A stretch of DNA of 60,517 nucleotides, the filler included, from Platydemus manokwari (Eukaryota), in assembly GCA_037951405.1 (NCBI GenBank). It is 6 parts of 6 records of this genome, joined end to end, with 100 filler letters (N's around TTAATTAATTAA, not from the genome) between each part and the next. Parts side by side here need not be neighbours in the genome. Positions count along the whole stretch, not along the records: positions 32,707 to 42,586 come from JBBMOY011193321.1; positions 42,687 to 51,509 come from JBBMOY011343982.1; 4 more parts are not named here. The stretch is one strand, 5' to 3'. A program made the translations under genes and the position numbers. The notes below the pieces were generated by a model. That model was not told the origin of the DNA, ran no database searches, and was given only the letters and a program-made list of their open reading frames with translations. Numbering within the stretch: position 1 is the first letter of the stretch; each line of letters begins with the position of its first letter. Positions 38,701-51,509 of this stretch are shown here, piece by piece.

Positions 38701-40425
38701 TTCATTAAATCAGTCTGACAGTTCCTTATATGGTTTTTGATTTCAACATTAGAAGGGAAAATCTAGTCAAATTAATCATGAATCCATGTATATATTGTTT
38801 TGTCGTGTTACGTATTCACAACTGATGTTTCTTAGCCAAGACATCCAGCCAATTTTATTTGATAAAAATATGGAAAAAAATAGAAATAATTTCAAATATG
38901 TTTCGAATAAAGATTTTTGTTAATTATGTCAATAACGGGAATTTTAGATTATGGGCGACCTAAAGGGATTGTTAGTGTTATTATTTAATTCAGAATATAA
39001 TAAATTTAGATAAGATAAGAAGAGAATTGATAACAATCTAATAGGATCCAATGTACAGCGGTTTTTGGTGCACACCCGCAGCCCGGATTTCTTCAAATTT
39101 GAACAATATAATCCAATAAGACAACACAACACACATCACAATTTCGATTGGTTCGAGATTTATTATGTTGTTAGTATCTCAATATCGATTATGTACCGTA
39201 TAGAGTATATACATCAATAAATATGAAAGCTTATTGATTGAACCACTGACAATCCCAACAAGCAATATACATCGATAGAACGAGTTCTACTCATCGATAT
39301 CACATAGATTTTGGCTGAGGGTATCTGTTGAAATTGTATTCCAAATCAACATATAAATTATGGTACCGATAAACAAATTAAACTGTTTCCATTTCCATGG
39401 TTTACAATAACAACTTCACCTAATAACATAACAATATGATAACAGATATCCTCAATTGACATAAACTGCATAACAAACTGAATTCGTTTGTTCAGTTTTG
39501 AATTTATTATCAGTTGTCTAACCCGTGACAAATTCTCATGAGCGCATGTTTTGGATTTCTTTCGATAGATTTGTTATTATATCAGCTTTATTATAATCAT
39601 TTTTTATATCATTTTATTCATTAATTATCTTTCAGTTTTATATTTCATTTACCGGATACATTAATAATACAAAATGGATATTTTTATAAGTTTCAAAACA
39701 ATTTCAGGACAAATTCAAATGTTAAACATTAAAAAAAATTAATCAACATTTAAAATGAATTTTATTTAAAAAATATACGTAAATGTTATGAAATTATTAC
39801 CTGTCTATAATATCGTTGTTTTAAAATATCACGACCACTATCTAATTTATCAGACACCGCAGCCCCATAAAGTTCTAAACTAGCAGTATATACTACCAAG
39901 TCAAACCATTGACTAACCTAAATATCACGTTATACTTTTAATTAATCAAAAATAAATAATACTATGTCTAAAAAATAGTCTACGTGAGGTCTCTTGTGTA
40001 CAAAAAATCGTACTGGATGCCTGTCAATTTCTACTCTTAGAACGAAATCTGGAGGTGTACCCGGTTTCACTGTTGGTCTTACCATTCCATCAAGTACTGA
40101 ATGGATTAGCGTTTCATCAAGATCTAAAACTAATATTTTTCTTCGAACGATACCTAAATATTATAATTGTCGATAAAATATTATTAATAAATAACGATTA
40201 CTCAATCTATATCGAGACAAAGGAGATAATGGCACCATCTCATATTTAATACTTTGATATTGAGCACACTGCAATTTTATTAAATGAAATAGCAATATAA
40301 TTACTTAATATTACTTTTCGAGAAAATTTTTTATAAGACACGAAGAAAAAATTATAAATTTTATATATAATAAAAACAAATTCTTTAATTAATAAGACGA
40401 AACTGTTTAATATTTGTTCTAACAT
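35779..40425 (-). CDS. CTDNEP1: CTD nuclear envelope phosphatase 1 (Dullard), six exons: 40425-40315, 40268-40202, 40153-39963, 39917-39801, 36102-35991, 35933-35779; 250 aa
   Basis: All five introns are GT-AG (46, 48, 45, 3698 and 57 nt) and the spliced CDS is 753 nt in frame. It has an N-terminal hydrophobic segment, [20 protein letters not shown], the HAD motif [70 protein letters not shown] and [26 protein letters not shown]. Confidence 0.96.
36270..36503 (+). mobile_element. Complete hAT (Buster/Charlie-type) MITE, 234 bp, in CTDNEP1 intron 4
   Basis: Termini CAGGGGTC...AGTTTGGCGACCCCTG, with a perfect 8-bp TSD CTTAAGAT (36262-36269 and 36504-36511). Confidence 0.92.
38203..38452. mobile_element. 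piggyBac-like MITE, 250 bp, in CTDNEP1 intron 4
   Basis: 14-bp TIRs CACATTGACGGACA / TGTCCGTCAACGTG (13/14). The right flank is TTAA and the left is ACAA. There is an internal 16-bp inverted repeat at 38346-38361 / 38420-38435. Confidence 0.7.
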
Positions 40426-42586
40426 CTGTGCATTTCCAACTAAAATAACTTTAATTAAAATTAATATTTAAACAAAAGTGTTCATCAAGATTAAGAAAAA
40501 TAATATATTTATTTAAAATTAAAAAATGAAAAACATATATATTAAATTTTATAAAATTAAAATTTTTATTGTGTATATAACTTTTAAATAATCAACTTAA
40601 GTTAAATTGAGATATGGTAAAAAAAACTTCCGGACAAAATTCTTTCAAAAAAGTATATATGAAATTTATTTTTTGCACTTTGTTAAAATTTTAAAATTAA
40701 ACTAAATAGCCATTAATTTAAAGAAAAATAAGAGGGAAGCAGGTTAAATATAATGAAGAAATATTAAGTGTTTTTTGGAAAAGCAAAATAAGTAAGATAA
40801 AAATTCAAACACCAGATTCATACAGATATGACTCTATGATACATCTTTCTGGTAATTGAAAATTAATAATTTTATACAAAACTTTTTCCATAAATGTTGC
40901 TTTTGAAAATATACCATTTTATGTAATTTGAGAAACTTGCTTATCGAATGCTATTTTCAAGCGAAGCGCCAGAGCATTCTTCTTTAACCCAATAATTTAC
41001 AGTTTGTTTAGGATTCATAGTTTAAAATCGTTAGAATAACAGTTAAGATTTCTTCATTTTCTGTTGATTTATATATAAAGCAATTGGTAAATATGAATCA
41101 TATAGTTATTGATGACTACGTCCATTTTTAAGCAATTGTGGCATTCAATTAATTAATGTAAATTGTATAGGAAAAATATTAATTTTATAAAAAACAAATA
41201 TAGAAATTTTAGTTTGACCATGTTTGAGAGATTTATAGGTTAAAGGATCATTAAAAATTTAAAAAATAAAATTGTGTTAACCAAAAATCAAAAATTATTC
41301 GAAAGAATATGCCATAAACAATAACAATAATGACTGAATAAATAGAAAATCCTTAATCCTTGGCATTTACTGGTTTGTCTTATTTCAATTTTATCTGTTT
41401 TCAAAAAACTGAGAACCTAAATAAAATACACAATAAGTTTAAGTTAATCAAAAGAGAACGTAAAACTATGGCCTTTTCAAATAAAAGATTACCTAAAAAT
41501 TGAAGGATCAAAAAATATTTCATTGTCATTTAGTATCCAAAAATCTACTATAAATATAAAAGCGATTCTGTCTGTCTTGAGTAAATATCTATTTTTGATT
41601 AAGCGCTCTGTAAGATAAAACTCTATTATAGATAATCATAAATGGTACATATAAAATGCTTACAAATTTTACAATGACAAACCATAATAAAATATTTTAT
41701 CTGAAAATATGTATAGAAATTATCCCTCCCAAAAATAAAGTAAACTATGGGGAACTATCCGAAACATCGGAACAATCAAATAATCACAAACAATAAGTAT
41801 TAAAAAAATTTGAAATTCAAATAAAACAAACACAAATTTAAAGAATATAAAAAATTTAAATTTGTTTAATCGCATCAAAATCAAAAGTTTTTCAACTAAC
41901 CTCAAGGTCATAAGAAAAATTTCAACCAAAAATCTAAGAACAAAAGATACAAAGAATAAAAGATGTCCAAAAATTGAATGACAGCAAAAGCTACTATGTA
42001 CAATTACGTTAACTAAAAATAGTAATTAATACATTACAGACACCAAAAGTAGCACATAATACTAAACATGGGATGTTACTAAAAATAGGGACAACATGCA
42101 ATAAACACACATTTATGGAATACATTGAAACAGTATATAAACGAGCGAAACTAGTCACGTCACGCACAAAATTTCAAATACTAAAAATTTAGCTACAAAA
42201 CCGTATTGTACAAAATTCTTTGGACGAATTTTATTATTATTATTGGACTATTTCCTTATCATTTCGATATTTATTATTTCAATTCATCTAAAAATTTGTA
42301 CAACTCCATGATTAGTATATTTTGTATTTTCATTATAATTAACTGCAAATCCATGGTTATTTTTAGCTTTGCGATCTTATATAACCCAACAATAAGAACC
42401 TCACACTTGGTTCTCAATCTTAATTTTTATAGAGGTGTTACGTTTAGTTGCTCTTTGACTCGATTAAGTTGGGTGTAATTGAGAACAATTTAATATATAA
42501 ATGATAAAATATTAACAAATTAATAACGATCAGGTATGAAATAGTTTGGAATATATTAGTTATTATCGTTATTGTGATGAAATCAA

Positions 42587-42686
42587 NNNNNNNNNNNNNN
42601 NNNNNNNNNNNNNNNNNNNNNNNNNNNNNNTTAATTAATTAANNNNNNNNNNNNNNNNNNNNNNNNNNNNNNNNNNNNNNNNNNNN
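42587..42686. other. Artificial contig spacer
   Basis: N44-TTAATTAATTAA-N44. Confidence 0.97.
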
Positions 42687-43749
42687 AAGAAAGCTTCATA
42701 GCAAAAAATGAGAGATTAGGACCACTTATCAAAGATAAACTTAATTCACAGGAATTAATTGAGCGTTTTCAAAATCTTGTTTTTTGAAGATGTCGCAGAA
42801 GAGGGCCATTTAACTGTGTTTGATTAAAATGCCGGTATCTTTTTTAAATATCTGAAATAATATAATAAAATATATATTATGATTTTTTATGATTTTTTAA
42901 GTAATCTGTAAAAAAAAATATTACCGGGGCCCTACTTTTTTCGTCGGAGAATAATATAAGCGGCCACTTATAATAGAAAAAACACGGTGCTAAACGATTG
43001 TATCTAACCAAACCAAGGGACCACAAACACTTACAGGAAACCAAAAAAACTTAAAGAATTAAATATTGCTTTGATTGATTGAATTGAGATGTAAATGTAA
43101 AATATTTAACATAATTTACTTTAATTATTATAAAATAAATAATGAGCTAATAAAAACATATTTTTATTATTGAAAGATGAGTAAATCTTTATTGAAATTT
43201 ACATAATATTTACATGATCTTTAAATTGAAAATTAGTCAACCATATTACAATAGTCAATCAAGTACGAATCTACTTTTCCATGAAAAACGGGTACATTGT
43301 CATCTGATTTTAGTAATAATATGTGAAAATTTTTTGAAATTCAAAGCGAAAATATCCCGCCCACCAAAAATAAAGTTATTAGTAAAAAAGGTGTTGGGTT
43401 TCTTTTGTTTATACGATGCTTGAAATTCGATAGCGTGAGTTCTCAAGTGTATTTTAGTGCATGAAAGCGATTTAAATTTTTTATATTAAAATTGTTTGAT
43501 CAACTTACAACTTCAATAATCAAGATTTATTTACAATTCCAAAAGGCACACAAGGCAACTGTTATAAATAATTTAACAACAATAAGTTCAGAGTACAAGA
43601 ACTTCGATGATTCTTTAATTTATATAAGAGAATATGTTTGCTGTGTTGGGTTATCAACAACAATTTGAATTTACAAATCTGTATTAACTAAAATAATATA
43701 TTCAAAGTCTCAATAATAACAATAACAGAGTTTTACGCAATTCACAGAG

Positions 43750-44100
43750 AAAATCATTCAAGATCAGCGCCCGAAAGTCAAAAACAGAATGAAAAGTAAT
43801 CAAAAAGACTGATTACTAAAATAACACAAGCTAAGCACTAAAGTTACCGACGAAAAATTAATTTCAAGAATCCTTGAAATTCAACCTCTTTTATAGATCC
43901 ATCCGCTTGTTTTCAATCGTTTTCAATTCGATGAATTTGTTTGTGGATCAATTTACTTGAGATTTTCCTTATGTCTCTCATGCCATTTGCGGATATTTGA
44001 GCTTGTTGCTGTTTTTAGACATGTGCCTGTCGATTCTTAGCTTCTAAATATGGATTAGTTTTAGAATGAATTTGATTGGTTAACAGCACTATGTTTATCA
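43750..44100 (-). repeat. Dispersed LTR-like repeat, copy B, adjacent to a pol remnant
   Basis: Reverse-complement homolog of 24340-24720. In this orientation it contains CCAAT and TATAAAAG. Boundaries approximate. Confidence 0.75.
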
Positions 44101-44499
44101 CGTTTGTGCGTATTGTTTTTCTTACCTTTAATCTAAGTAAATGTGGATATTTCTGTAGTGATCCGGCGAAAAGAACGGATCTAAAAATATACATATTGAT
44201 ATTCTAGTAGTAGATGAAAAGAACCAATATAGAGTTCCTCTTGGTTCCCAAAAGAGAAAAAATATTGATTACGTTTTAAATAATACTATCTCAAACTTCA
44301 AGGTGATTTGTATCACGGAATTACATCCGAGCTAAAAGCTAAATATCTTTAGAATATTTCAGCGCTTAAGACTGCCGTTTCACCTTCGAAACAGAGGTCA
44401 ATATTCGATCTCTTTCCTTTCCACACAAGAGACAAGTGGGTGGTAAGTCAATGGAACTCGGGTTCGATTAAAGATCAGACAGTTATTTAGGAAAGTGAT

Positions 44500-45260
44500 A
44501 AAAGTTACCTTTTTTCTTTAGGCAATAATAATGACATTTTGTTTACCTGTTGGAAGTTGGGTAGTCTTGGCCTTGTGCAAAACGAGATGGATTATATAAT
44601 CAGAATATAGTAAAAGGTTTTCGGTTGTTGAACAGTTATGACTCTGTCTTTGCTTCTTTTATACATGAGAGATTGATCGCAGTACTGAACAAGCCTTTCA
44701 ATCATTCTCAAGTTGACAAATTCCATAGGGCTTTTGGCTGGTTGAACAACACGTTTGATGATGAGCATGCTGGACCGGGTTCTTAGTAGTCGAAGGTGTG
44801 GTTATGGGTCCGGACTCTGCAGAAAAGTAGAATAGATTGTAAGTTCGTCTGGCTTGAAGGAAATATGTTTGTTAAAGTTATCTGTAAGGATTCACAGGAT
44901 ATTATAGGCAAAAAAGAGAAGGATAAACTGTGTTCTAATCTTCATGATAGATTTAGTTTCTTGAGTTTTATCAGTTGGACTCAGGAAAAGTTCCAGGTTT
45001 GTTATTTAAGACAGTTGTGCTATCTAAGGTTTTAATGGGAGTCTTAGATTCAATTGTGTAGTCACCACAGGTTTGATACTTCCTTGTCTTGGTAGAAATG
45101 GCCTTCTAACGCTAAATTTTCGACCTTTCCGTGTAATGCAGGGTAAAGATTTGATGTCGATGTGGTACTGCAGTGGAATTGATGGCCTACGTACTCAACA
45201 ATTGCATTGGTAACCCTTATGGAGCAACCTCTAAGCATAATACAGTACTTGCAATCTTGG
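44500..45260 (-). mobile_element. Decayed Gypsy-type pol (RT/RNase H) remnant
   Basis: AP*GL (~MPFGL), VEYVGHQ (~I.YLGH.I), KVENL...KEV and PTGKQNV (~KPGK.NV) appear in the expected order, with many stops and frameshifts. Confidence 0.5.
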
Positions 45261-45999
45261 CTAAAAGGCTTATTACTTTAGGATATAATGTCGACATCGA
45301 CAGTCGCCAACTGTGATGAAGACTTCTTTACGTCCTGACTTGAGACGAATAGGGTTAGATAGTAAGAATTCAAGTGAGTTGGCTTAACTTCTTGTTTCTA
45401 CTTCTATTATAGAATCATGTAGATTATATAGGTCTCACATATCGTTGGAAACTAGGCCTATAAAATTACCCAACCAATATGTTTAACACGCAGTAACAGA
45501 AAAAATTACGGCTTGTACATATGTAAAAGGGTATTTCTATTGTTATTATTATTATCTGTTGTTTATATGATGTATATGAGAGACAGCATCGTCTTCCCCA
45601 CATCTCTGTTCATTTTTATTCTGTGGTAGAGAGCATCTATCTTGATTTTTGAAGTCATCTCGTCATTGAAAAAACCATGTATAAATCGATTATAGGATAT
45701 AGAATAAATATTATCTTACATTTTCATTTCAGATAAGAAAAAAATTCTCCACGGAGATGAGTTATTTTTTTAGATTTTAGTGTGGTATTTGATTAAAACG
45801 AGGTGATCACGAAACGAGAAAATGGACTAAAGAAAAGTTTAGAGTAAACATATTCATACCTGTGAAAATTTTGACTACAAAAACCAGAATTTCGGACTTT
45901 GATTTTCCAAGTAGAAATTTTTATGTTTTAAAATAAATCTTTGCATTCCCAAGAAAATAATATACATATTCCTTCAAATCAGATTTTCGGACAAGCCTG

Positions 46000-47400
46000 C
46001 TTCCACCAAATATAGGAAGCATGTACAGGCAACAATGCAAAATAGAAAACAACCACCAACAGAACATAAATATAAATTTGTGAATCAGCTAACAATATTA
46101 GCAGGATGAGCATTTGGACTCAAAAGTGAATGAGATGACAACAAAGAAGTAATGACTAAAGAGCAATCCCAGAACAGCTTACTCTAAAACATGAAGACAA
46201 TATTAAGCTTACACCTAGGTAACCAATTAGAGTAATTAATATGCGAAGGACAAGTAGCAGAAGCAAGCGAACTTAGTGAAGGAATTCGTATAGAAAGATT
46301 ATATAACCTGCAAGAAAATCTTAATGTCATAATTTCAACGAATGCTTATAAAAACCTAGAAGGAATTCTTTGCGAAACGTTGGAAAAGAGGTACACATTA
46401 GTAACGGTTACCATAATTCTAAAATAAATTACATAACAGTTTCACCTGCAAATGAGAAATCAGGAACAAATGATACTTCGGCCACAGTTGCTAATAATTT
46501 ATGACATACTACCACATAACCCGATAAATTGCATACTAGGGTAAGAGATGTCGGCAAATCTTACATTGAGGCAAAAGTCGCGACAATTCACTCAAACCGG
46601 TCAGAGTCGCAGATAATTCGTTTAATATAGATACAGTTGCCAATTGTTTTTTTAATACAGTCAAAATCGCCGATAACTTATTTGATATCAATCTTCTAGA
46701 AGATTCAATCTTCTAGAAGTGACAGACATTCTCACACAGATCACAGTCGCCCACATATCTATCTCTGCACAAACCATAGACACCAATCATTCATTAGATA
46801 AAAATGTAGTTATACGGGTCATAGACGCCAATAGCACTCTAACAGATCAAAGCACCTTTCACAGCAAACATGATGATGAAGAATTAATAACTTAATGCAG
46901 AGATTCCATGCCAGATCAATCACCAAGAGTATATAACAAGAATAGTAATGGGTCACTGAGAGCACTCAACACAGAGAATTTACTCATAGCAGTAAATATG
47001 ACACACCCAAAGAAACAAGCAATATTACAGTTAATTTCACAAATAAAGCATGAGCTATCTCAGTTGATAGTTAATCAAGATAAAATAACAAATCAAAATG
47101 CCTAAAATGCTATTAACCATCATATATGTTACAATATCTGTCGAGATACTCAAAAAGTTGGCTCCGTTACTGGGCACACAATTTGGTAAACCTATGACGT
47201 ATATATATGAAATCCAATTATTGCTTCTTCAAAACGGACTTGCAATAAGAAATAGAAATCAGGCCTAAGAGCCAGTATCGGTCTCAATTAAAGCACACTA
47301 ATACAGCTGAAGAAGACAAATAATTATACTATTTTCACAAAAATGCAAAAACTACGAAATGACAAAATATTAAAGCAGAAGTTGAAATTTACACATAAGA
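46000..47400 (+). mobile_element. Possible decayed retrotransposon gag-protease remnant
   Basis: Strongly A-rich with coding-like composition; IDTVANC near 46627 resembles the protease IDTGA motif. No intact ORF. Confidence 0.25.
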
Positions 47401-48062
47401 TAAATTTAACTAAAATTACAATTAAATTAACTTAGGCTTTCTAAAGAACTCCAAAGACTTTTAATGACAACAGTGGTTTCGGAGAAATTAGCATACACGT
47501 TAGTATAAAATAGAATTAAAATTATAAGTCCCAAACGCAACAGAAAAATAAATACATCATGTTCTAAAAATTAAAATAAAAATGCTAGATATAGTTACAA
47601 TTAGAAAAATAGTTATAATTAATAAATTTATTTTCAAGTAGCGTTTTACCTGACAAAAATCTTAATTTATATCTTAATTAAAATAGGAAGTTGTTGCCAA
47701 CACTGTTCGCTGACATCAACCAAATCTTTCTGTCGAAATTTAAATTTACATTTTTAAAAATAATTATCGTATAGGAAATTGTTCAGCAAAATCATAGTCA
47801 TAATAAATTATAATTAAAAAAAGAATTAATAAAGAAATTGTTATGAATAAATTATTAATTCGATGATTTGTAAAATAATAAAAGTCTCATTAAAAAATAT
47901 AATTAAAACTATATAAATACCCTAATTTTACTATGGATAATATTCTTTTATAATTAATCCGGTTACACTTAATAATTAAAATTTATTATTATTTTTATTT
48001 GCATATTTTAGTTACCATAAATACCAGTTGTTTAATTATTATTGTTGTTAAGTGTATTATAA

Positions 48063-49178
48063 ATGGCGCTCCTTGAATTATTTAGAACTCCCTGTAGACG
48101 ACGATATTATTCTTCTGTATGCTCCAAAGCATTTTTTCTTCATTATGGTCTAATATTGACTGCTATCTTAATAGCCTTTATTATTGCATATACAACACAA
48201 GGTTTTAATAATTTCTAATTTAAATATTTCAGATGATAGTTAACAATTTTAGGATTCTACGTATACACTAATCAAATAGTTGAAGATCCTGTTGTTACTG
48301 TTTTGAAAAACAATTTATTTTGTATTAGTGGTACCAGTCAAGGTCTTCTTTATTATGGATTACCAAGCATAAGTAACAGCATATCTCGAGTACCATCTAT
48401 ATCTTTTCAACAAATTGACACAAACAGTGATAATTTAATTGATGTGCATAATATTAATATTGATTTTCCAATGAATGAAAATGAACAGGTTTACAGTTGT
48501 CAAATTTTCGTCGGATTTAAATTTGAATTGCGGGTAAATTTTATGTTATTTTATCAGAAATATATAAAAATTTATAAACATATGAAAATAATTATAATGT
48601 TATAGTTGATTTTAGCAGAACGACGAATTTTAGCAGTATTTTTTGAGTTCTATCAAATTTAGTATAAATATTCTGTATTTATCTATCCGTTGTCATGACA
48701 AATTATGATTAAACAAAATGTTAATTTTATTTATTAATAATTCTATTAATATTGAAATGAAAAAATGCATAATTTATGAAAAGTTATAAAATGAGTGTAT
48801 ATAAATTTATAAATGAATCAATCTCTTTGATGATTTTATAAGACTCATTTAATCTTATTATTATTCTTAGATTTTATAAATTGTGATTTGCATTTTTGTT
48901 CATTATCATTGTGAGTCATTTGCAGAAACACTCATTTGTGTTTGAATTTATCCTAAAGGGACATTTTCCTAATTTCATAACAAACGTCTTATTTTTAATA
49001 TTTATTTATTTTAAAGTTAAAATTTAAATCACAGAGATTGGCTCGGCTACAATTACAAGATTATGTATATTTCGAATATTCCGGTGGTCTGAACACTGCA
49101 AACGTCAGTGTTATTGGAGATCTGAAATTTCAGCAGAAACAACCACTGAATTATATGGGAAGACAATCCATAGATTTG
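48063..49178 (+). CDS. TMEM231: Transmembrane protein 231 (ciliary transition zone, MKS complex), exons 1-3 only: 48063-48201, 48253-48533, 49035-49178; 3' part absent
   Basis: MALLELFRTPCRRRYYSSVCSKA...AYTTQGFY matches TMEM231 MALYELFSHPVERSYRAGLCSKA...FRSHGFW as recalled. Also IDTNSDNLID and GDLKFQQKQPL (human GDLRLQQKQPL). GT-AG introns of 51 and 501 nt; 188 codons in frame. Confidence 0.92.
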
Positions 49179-50099
49179 GTAATAAATTTCTCTTTCTTTA
49201 TCAATTTTTATATATTTTGATAATCAATCTAAATCTCATTTATACAAATTTAAAAGTGCTATTTAATGTCCCAATTAAAACAACTATATCTTTATACGTT
49301 ATTTTATGAGGAGTATTTTGAGAAACGAAAAATATTACTTATCCGTATTTGTGGCTTCTAAACTTACTTTAGAAGTACTTTCAAAATAAAAATCTACTCA
49401 TCAACAACTCTGTGAAGACATAATGTCAAATACATCATGTTTTGAGTAGCTATTTATCGACACAGGTCACACAGCAGTGCAACAAAGAATCCAAATCTAG
49501 AATTGCGCTTAAATAATTTTATTGGTGGGATAAACATGGTGAGATGAATCAAACTTGTTTAAATCATCACAGTTAATTATTTTTAATTGGGTTTATTATT
49601 TATTGAGTTATTGCATTCATAATGAGATTATATGTAATGATGATTACTCAGGCAAACAACTAGCAGATAAAATTATTTATTAAGGAGTAACCAATGTTTA
49701 TAGCACCAATTTCTGATTTATTTGTTCAAATTAATGGGTATAATCGCATAAAACGGTGTCTCAGCAGTTTTGGGGTATCTTTGATTTTCTTTGGTTCTAC
49801 TTTGGCGCATCTTTCATAATGGGAACCATTGATTGTAAAGCTTTGTTGAACTTTGAGTATTATCTTACCGTTCATAAGAATGAAAGAAACTGTTTGTATT
49901 TATTTGTCTAAGAACCATATTTAATGCTCTATCTTTTTTTTACTTCTTTCATTTTTTTAGAATGTGCTAATTGACCTATTCCAATATATCATCGTTTGTC
50001 GCAGCTTGGTTATTCACCCCAGCACTTTTACATAAGAAGTCCTAATAATTTCATGTTTGCTCGTTGATAGATAATACACATAGATGATCGATTGTGTAT

Positions 50100-50740
50100 A
50101 TTTCTTATATCGTGTTCCATAGTCCACAACCGCCGTTTAACTTCGTTGAGTAAAAGTAATTAAATGAGGAGATTTTCAGTATGCATTTTTCCAGTTTAAT
50201 CATCAGAGTTTCCAAGTTGGTGAATTGACTTTCATTTTTATTATGTAACTTCAAATAAATGTTCACTCTTATGCAGCAATAGTGATCTTTTCGATTGATT
50301 TTAGGAATTTTCTCATTGTAGATCATGTATTCCTCCGCGTTAATACTTGCTTTAAGATTATGTAAGTTCCCTCATTTTCAGGGTTTGAACTTGAAACCTA
50401 GTTGAAACCAGAAAACCGATGCTTCATTGACCATAGTTTGGAATCCATTTTTTTTCGCAGTAATGGTCATATTATCTGCATAGGTGATGCATGAAATTCA
50501 ATGATATGCAATTTTCAGGCCTCTAGCAAGACAGTTGTCCATTTTTGCCAATATTGGATTGATGTCTTTTTTGAATAAAAGCATAGAGATTGGGTAATTT
50601 TGTCGAATTCCTCTCAATTTTGATTGGTCTCATTTCATAATCTCTGTATTTAAGAGTAGGTTGACAATTTTTGTAGAGACATCGTATGATTCTGATGGCA
50701 TTTTCAGTCAGGCCCATATATATGTTCAAGGATCGTGTTG
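50100..50740 (-). mobile_element. Decayed non-LTR retrotransposon reverse transcriptase (R2/NeSL-like), within TMEM231 intron 3
   Basis: GLTENAIRIIRCLYKNC...RPIKIER, ISCITYADNMTI (the YADD box) and QLGFKFKP*K (~GLKFNP.KC) occur in canonical order. Confidence 0.75.
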
Positions 50741-50944
50741 CTGTTTCATTAATTTTGAAAGCAGTTCAAGACATGGTCATCAAAATATATAATTTAAATA
50801 AAACTAGACACCTTTTGAAATAGAAAGATAAGATATAACCATGCTATCAGTTATCAATATTTGAAATTTATTAAAATATAAACATCTAAATATCTCGATT
50901 AACTCGAGTCGCTTTGCAAGTATATAAGTCATATTAGATTTAGG

Positions 50945-51189
50945 GGATCAATTGAAGAATCTCCTCCCCAACATTAATCAATCGAATTCCTGTATGATCT
51001 CTATTCGTCCGTGTGGATGATAGACTCAAATCGTTCAACTGCTTGAAAAATGGGTAAAAGTGTGTCCGCATCTCATTTATCCGCAATTTAATATCGGTAG
51101 AAATTTAAAACACAATGGATTTATTGAATATGTGCAATTGAAGAATCTCTCTTTTAGACTTGTTCAGAGGGAGATTCTTCACTTGATCC
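50945..51189. mobile_element. MITE-like element with 20-bp terminal inverted repeats
   Basis: GGATCAATTGAAGAATCTCC (50945-50964) vs the reverse complement of 51170-51189, 19/20 identical. A partial internal copy lies at 51135-51149. Confidence 0.65.
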
Positions 51190-51509
51190 GATTTATGGTA
51201 CGACTCATGATTAATATTGATAATAATTATTATGAAAGCGTATTACTCGTTAATATATTCAATATAACGAGAGTATAATTAGAGTTTTTTAAGTTTTACA
51301 AGATTTCAACTGAATTCAGTGAATATATAAATTCATTTCGTTGGTAATCCTTTAGGATTTTAATTTAAAATAATGAGTTTGCTATTTGAGTACCAGCTGA
51401 ATAATTATCGTATATCAAAATTTTAGAATCAATGATTGAGAGAATAAGTGCATAGGAATCTTCAGGAGGTCACTAAAGTTAAACAAATCCGTTTATTAAA
51501 TTCGATTAG

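Noticed and set aside
38944-39570. Nested TGF-beta/BMP-receptor ectodomain-like gene inside Dullard (minus-strand [19 protein letters not shown])
   Set aside because: The motifs fall in stop-interrupted frames, with no signal peptide or kinase exons. The plus strand equally resembles a hAT dimerisation relic (RYPQL...[15 protein letters not shown]). Too weak either way.
41720-42200. T-rich hydrophobic ORF as a mitochondrial insertion (NUMT)
   Set aside because: No recognisable mitochondrial protein, tRNA or rRNA motif; compositional bias is sufficient to explain it.
46688-46719. 16-bp palindrome AATCTTCTAGAAGATT within a 15-bp tandem duplication
   Set aside because: Explained by local slippage inside a TE relic; no evidence of function.
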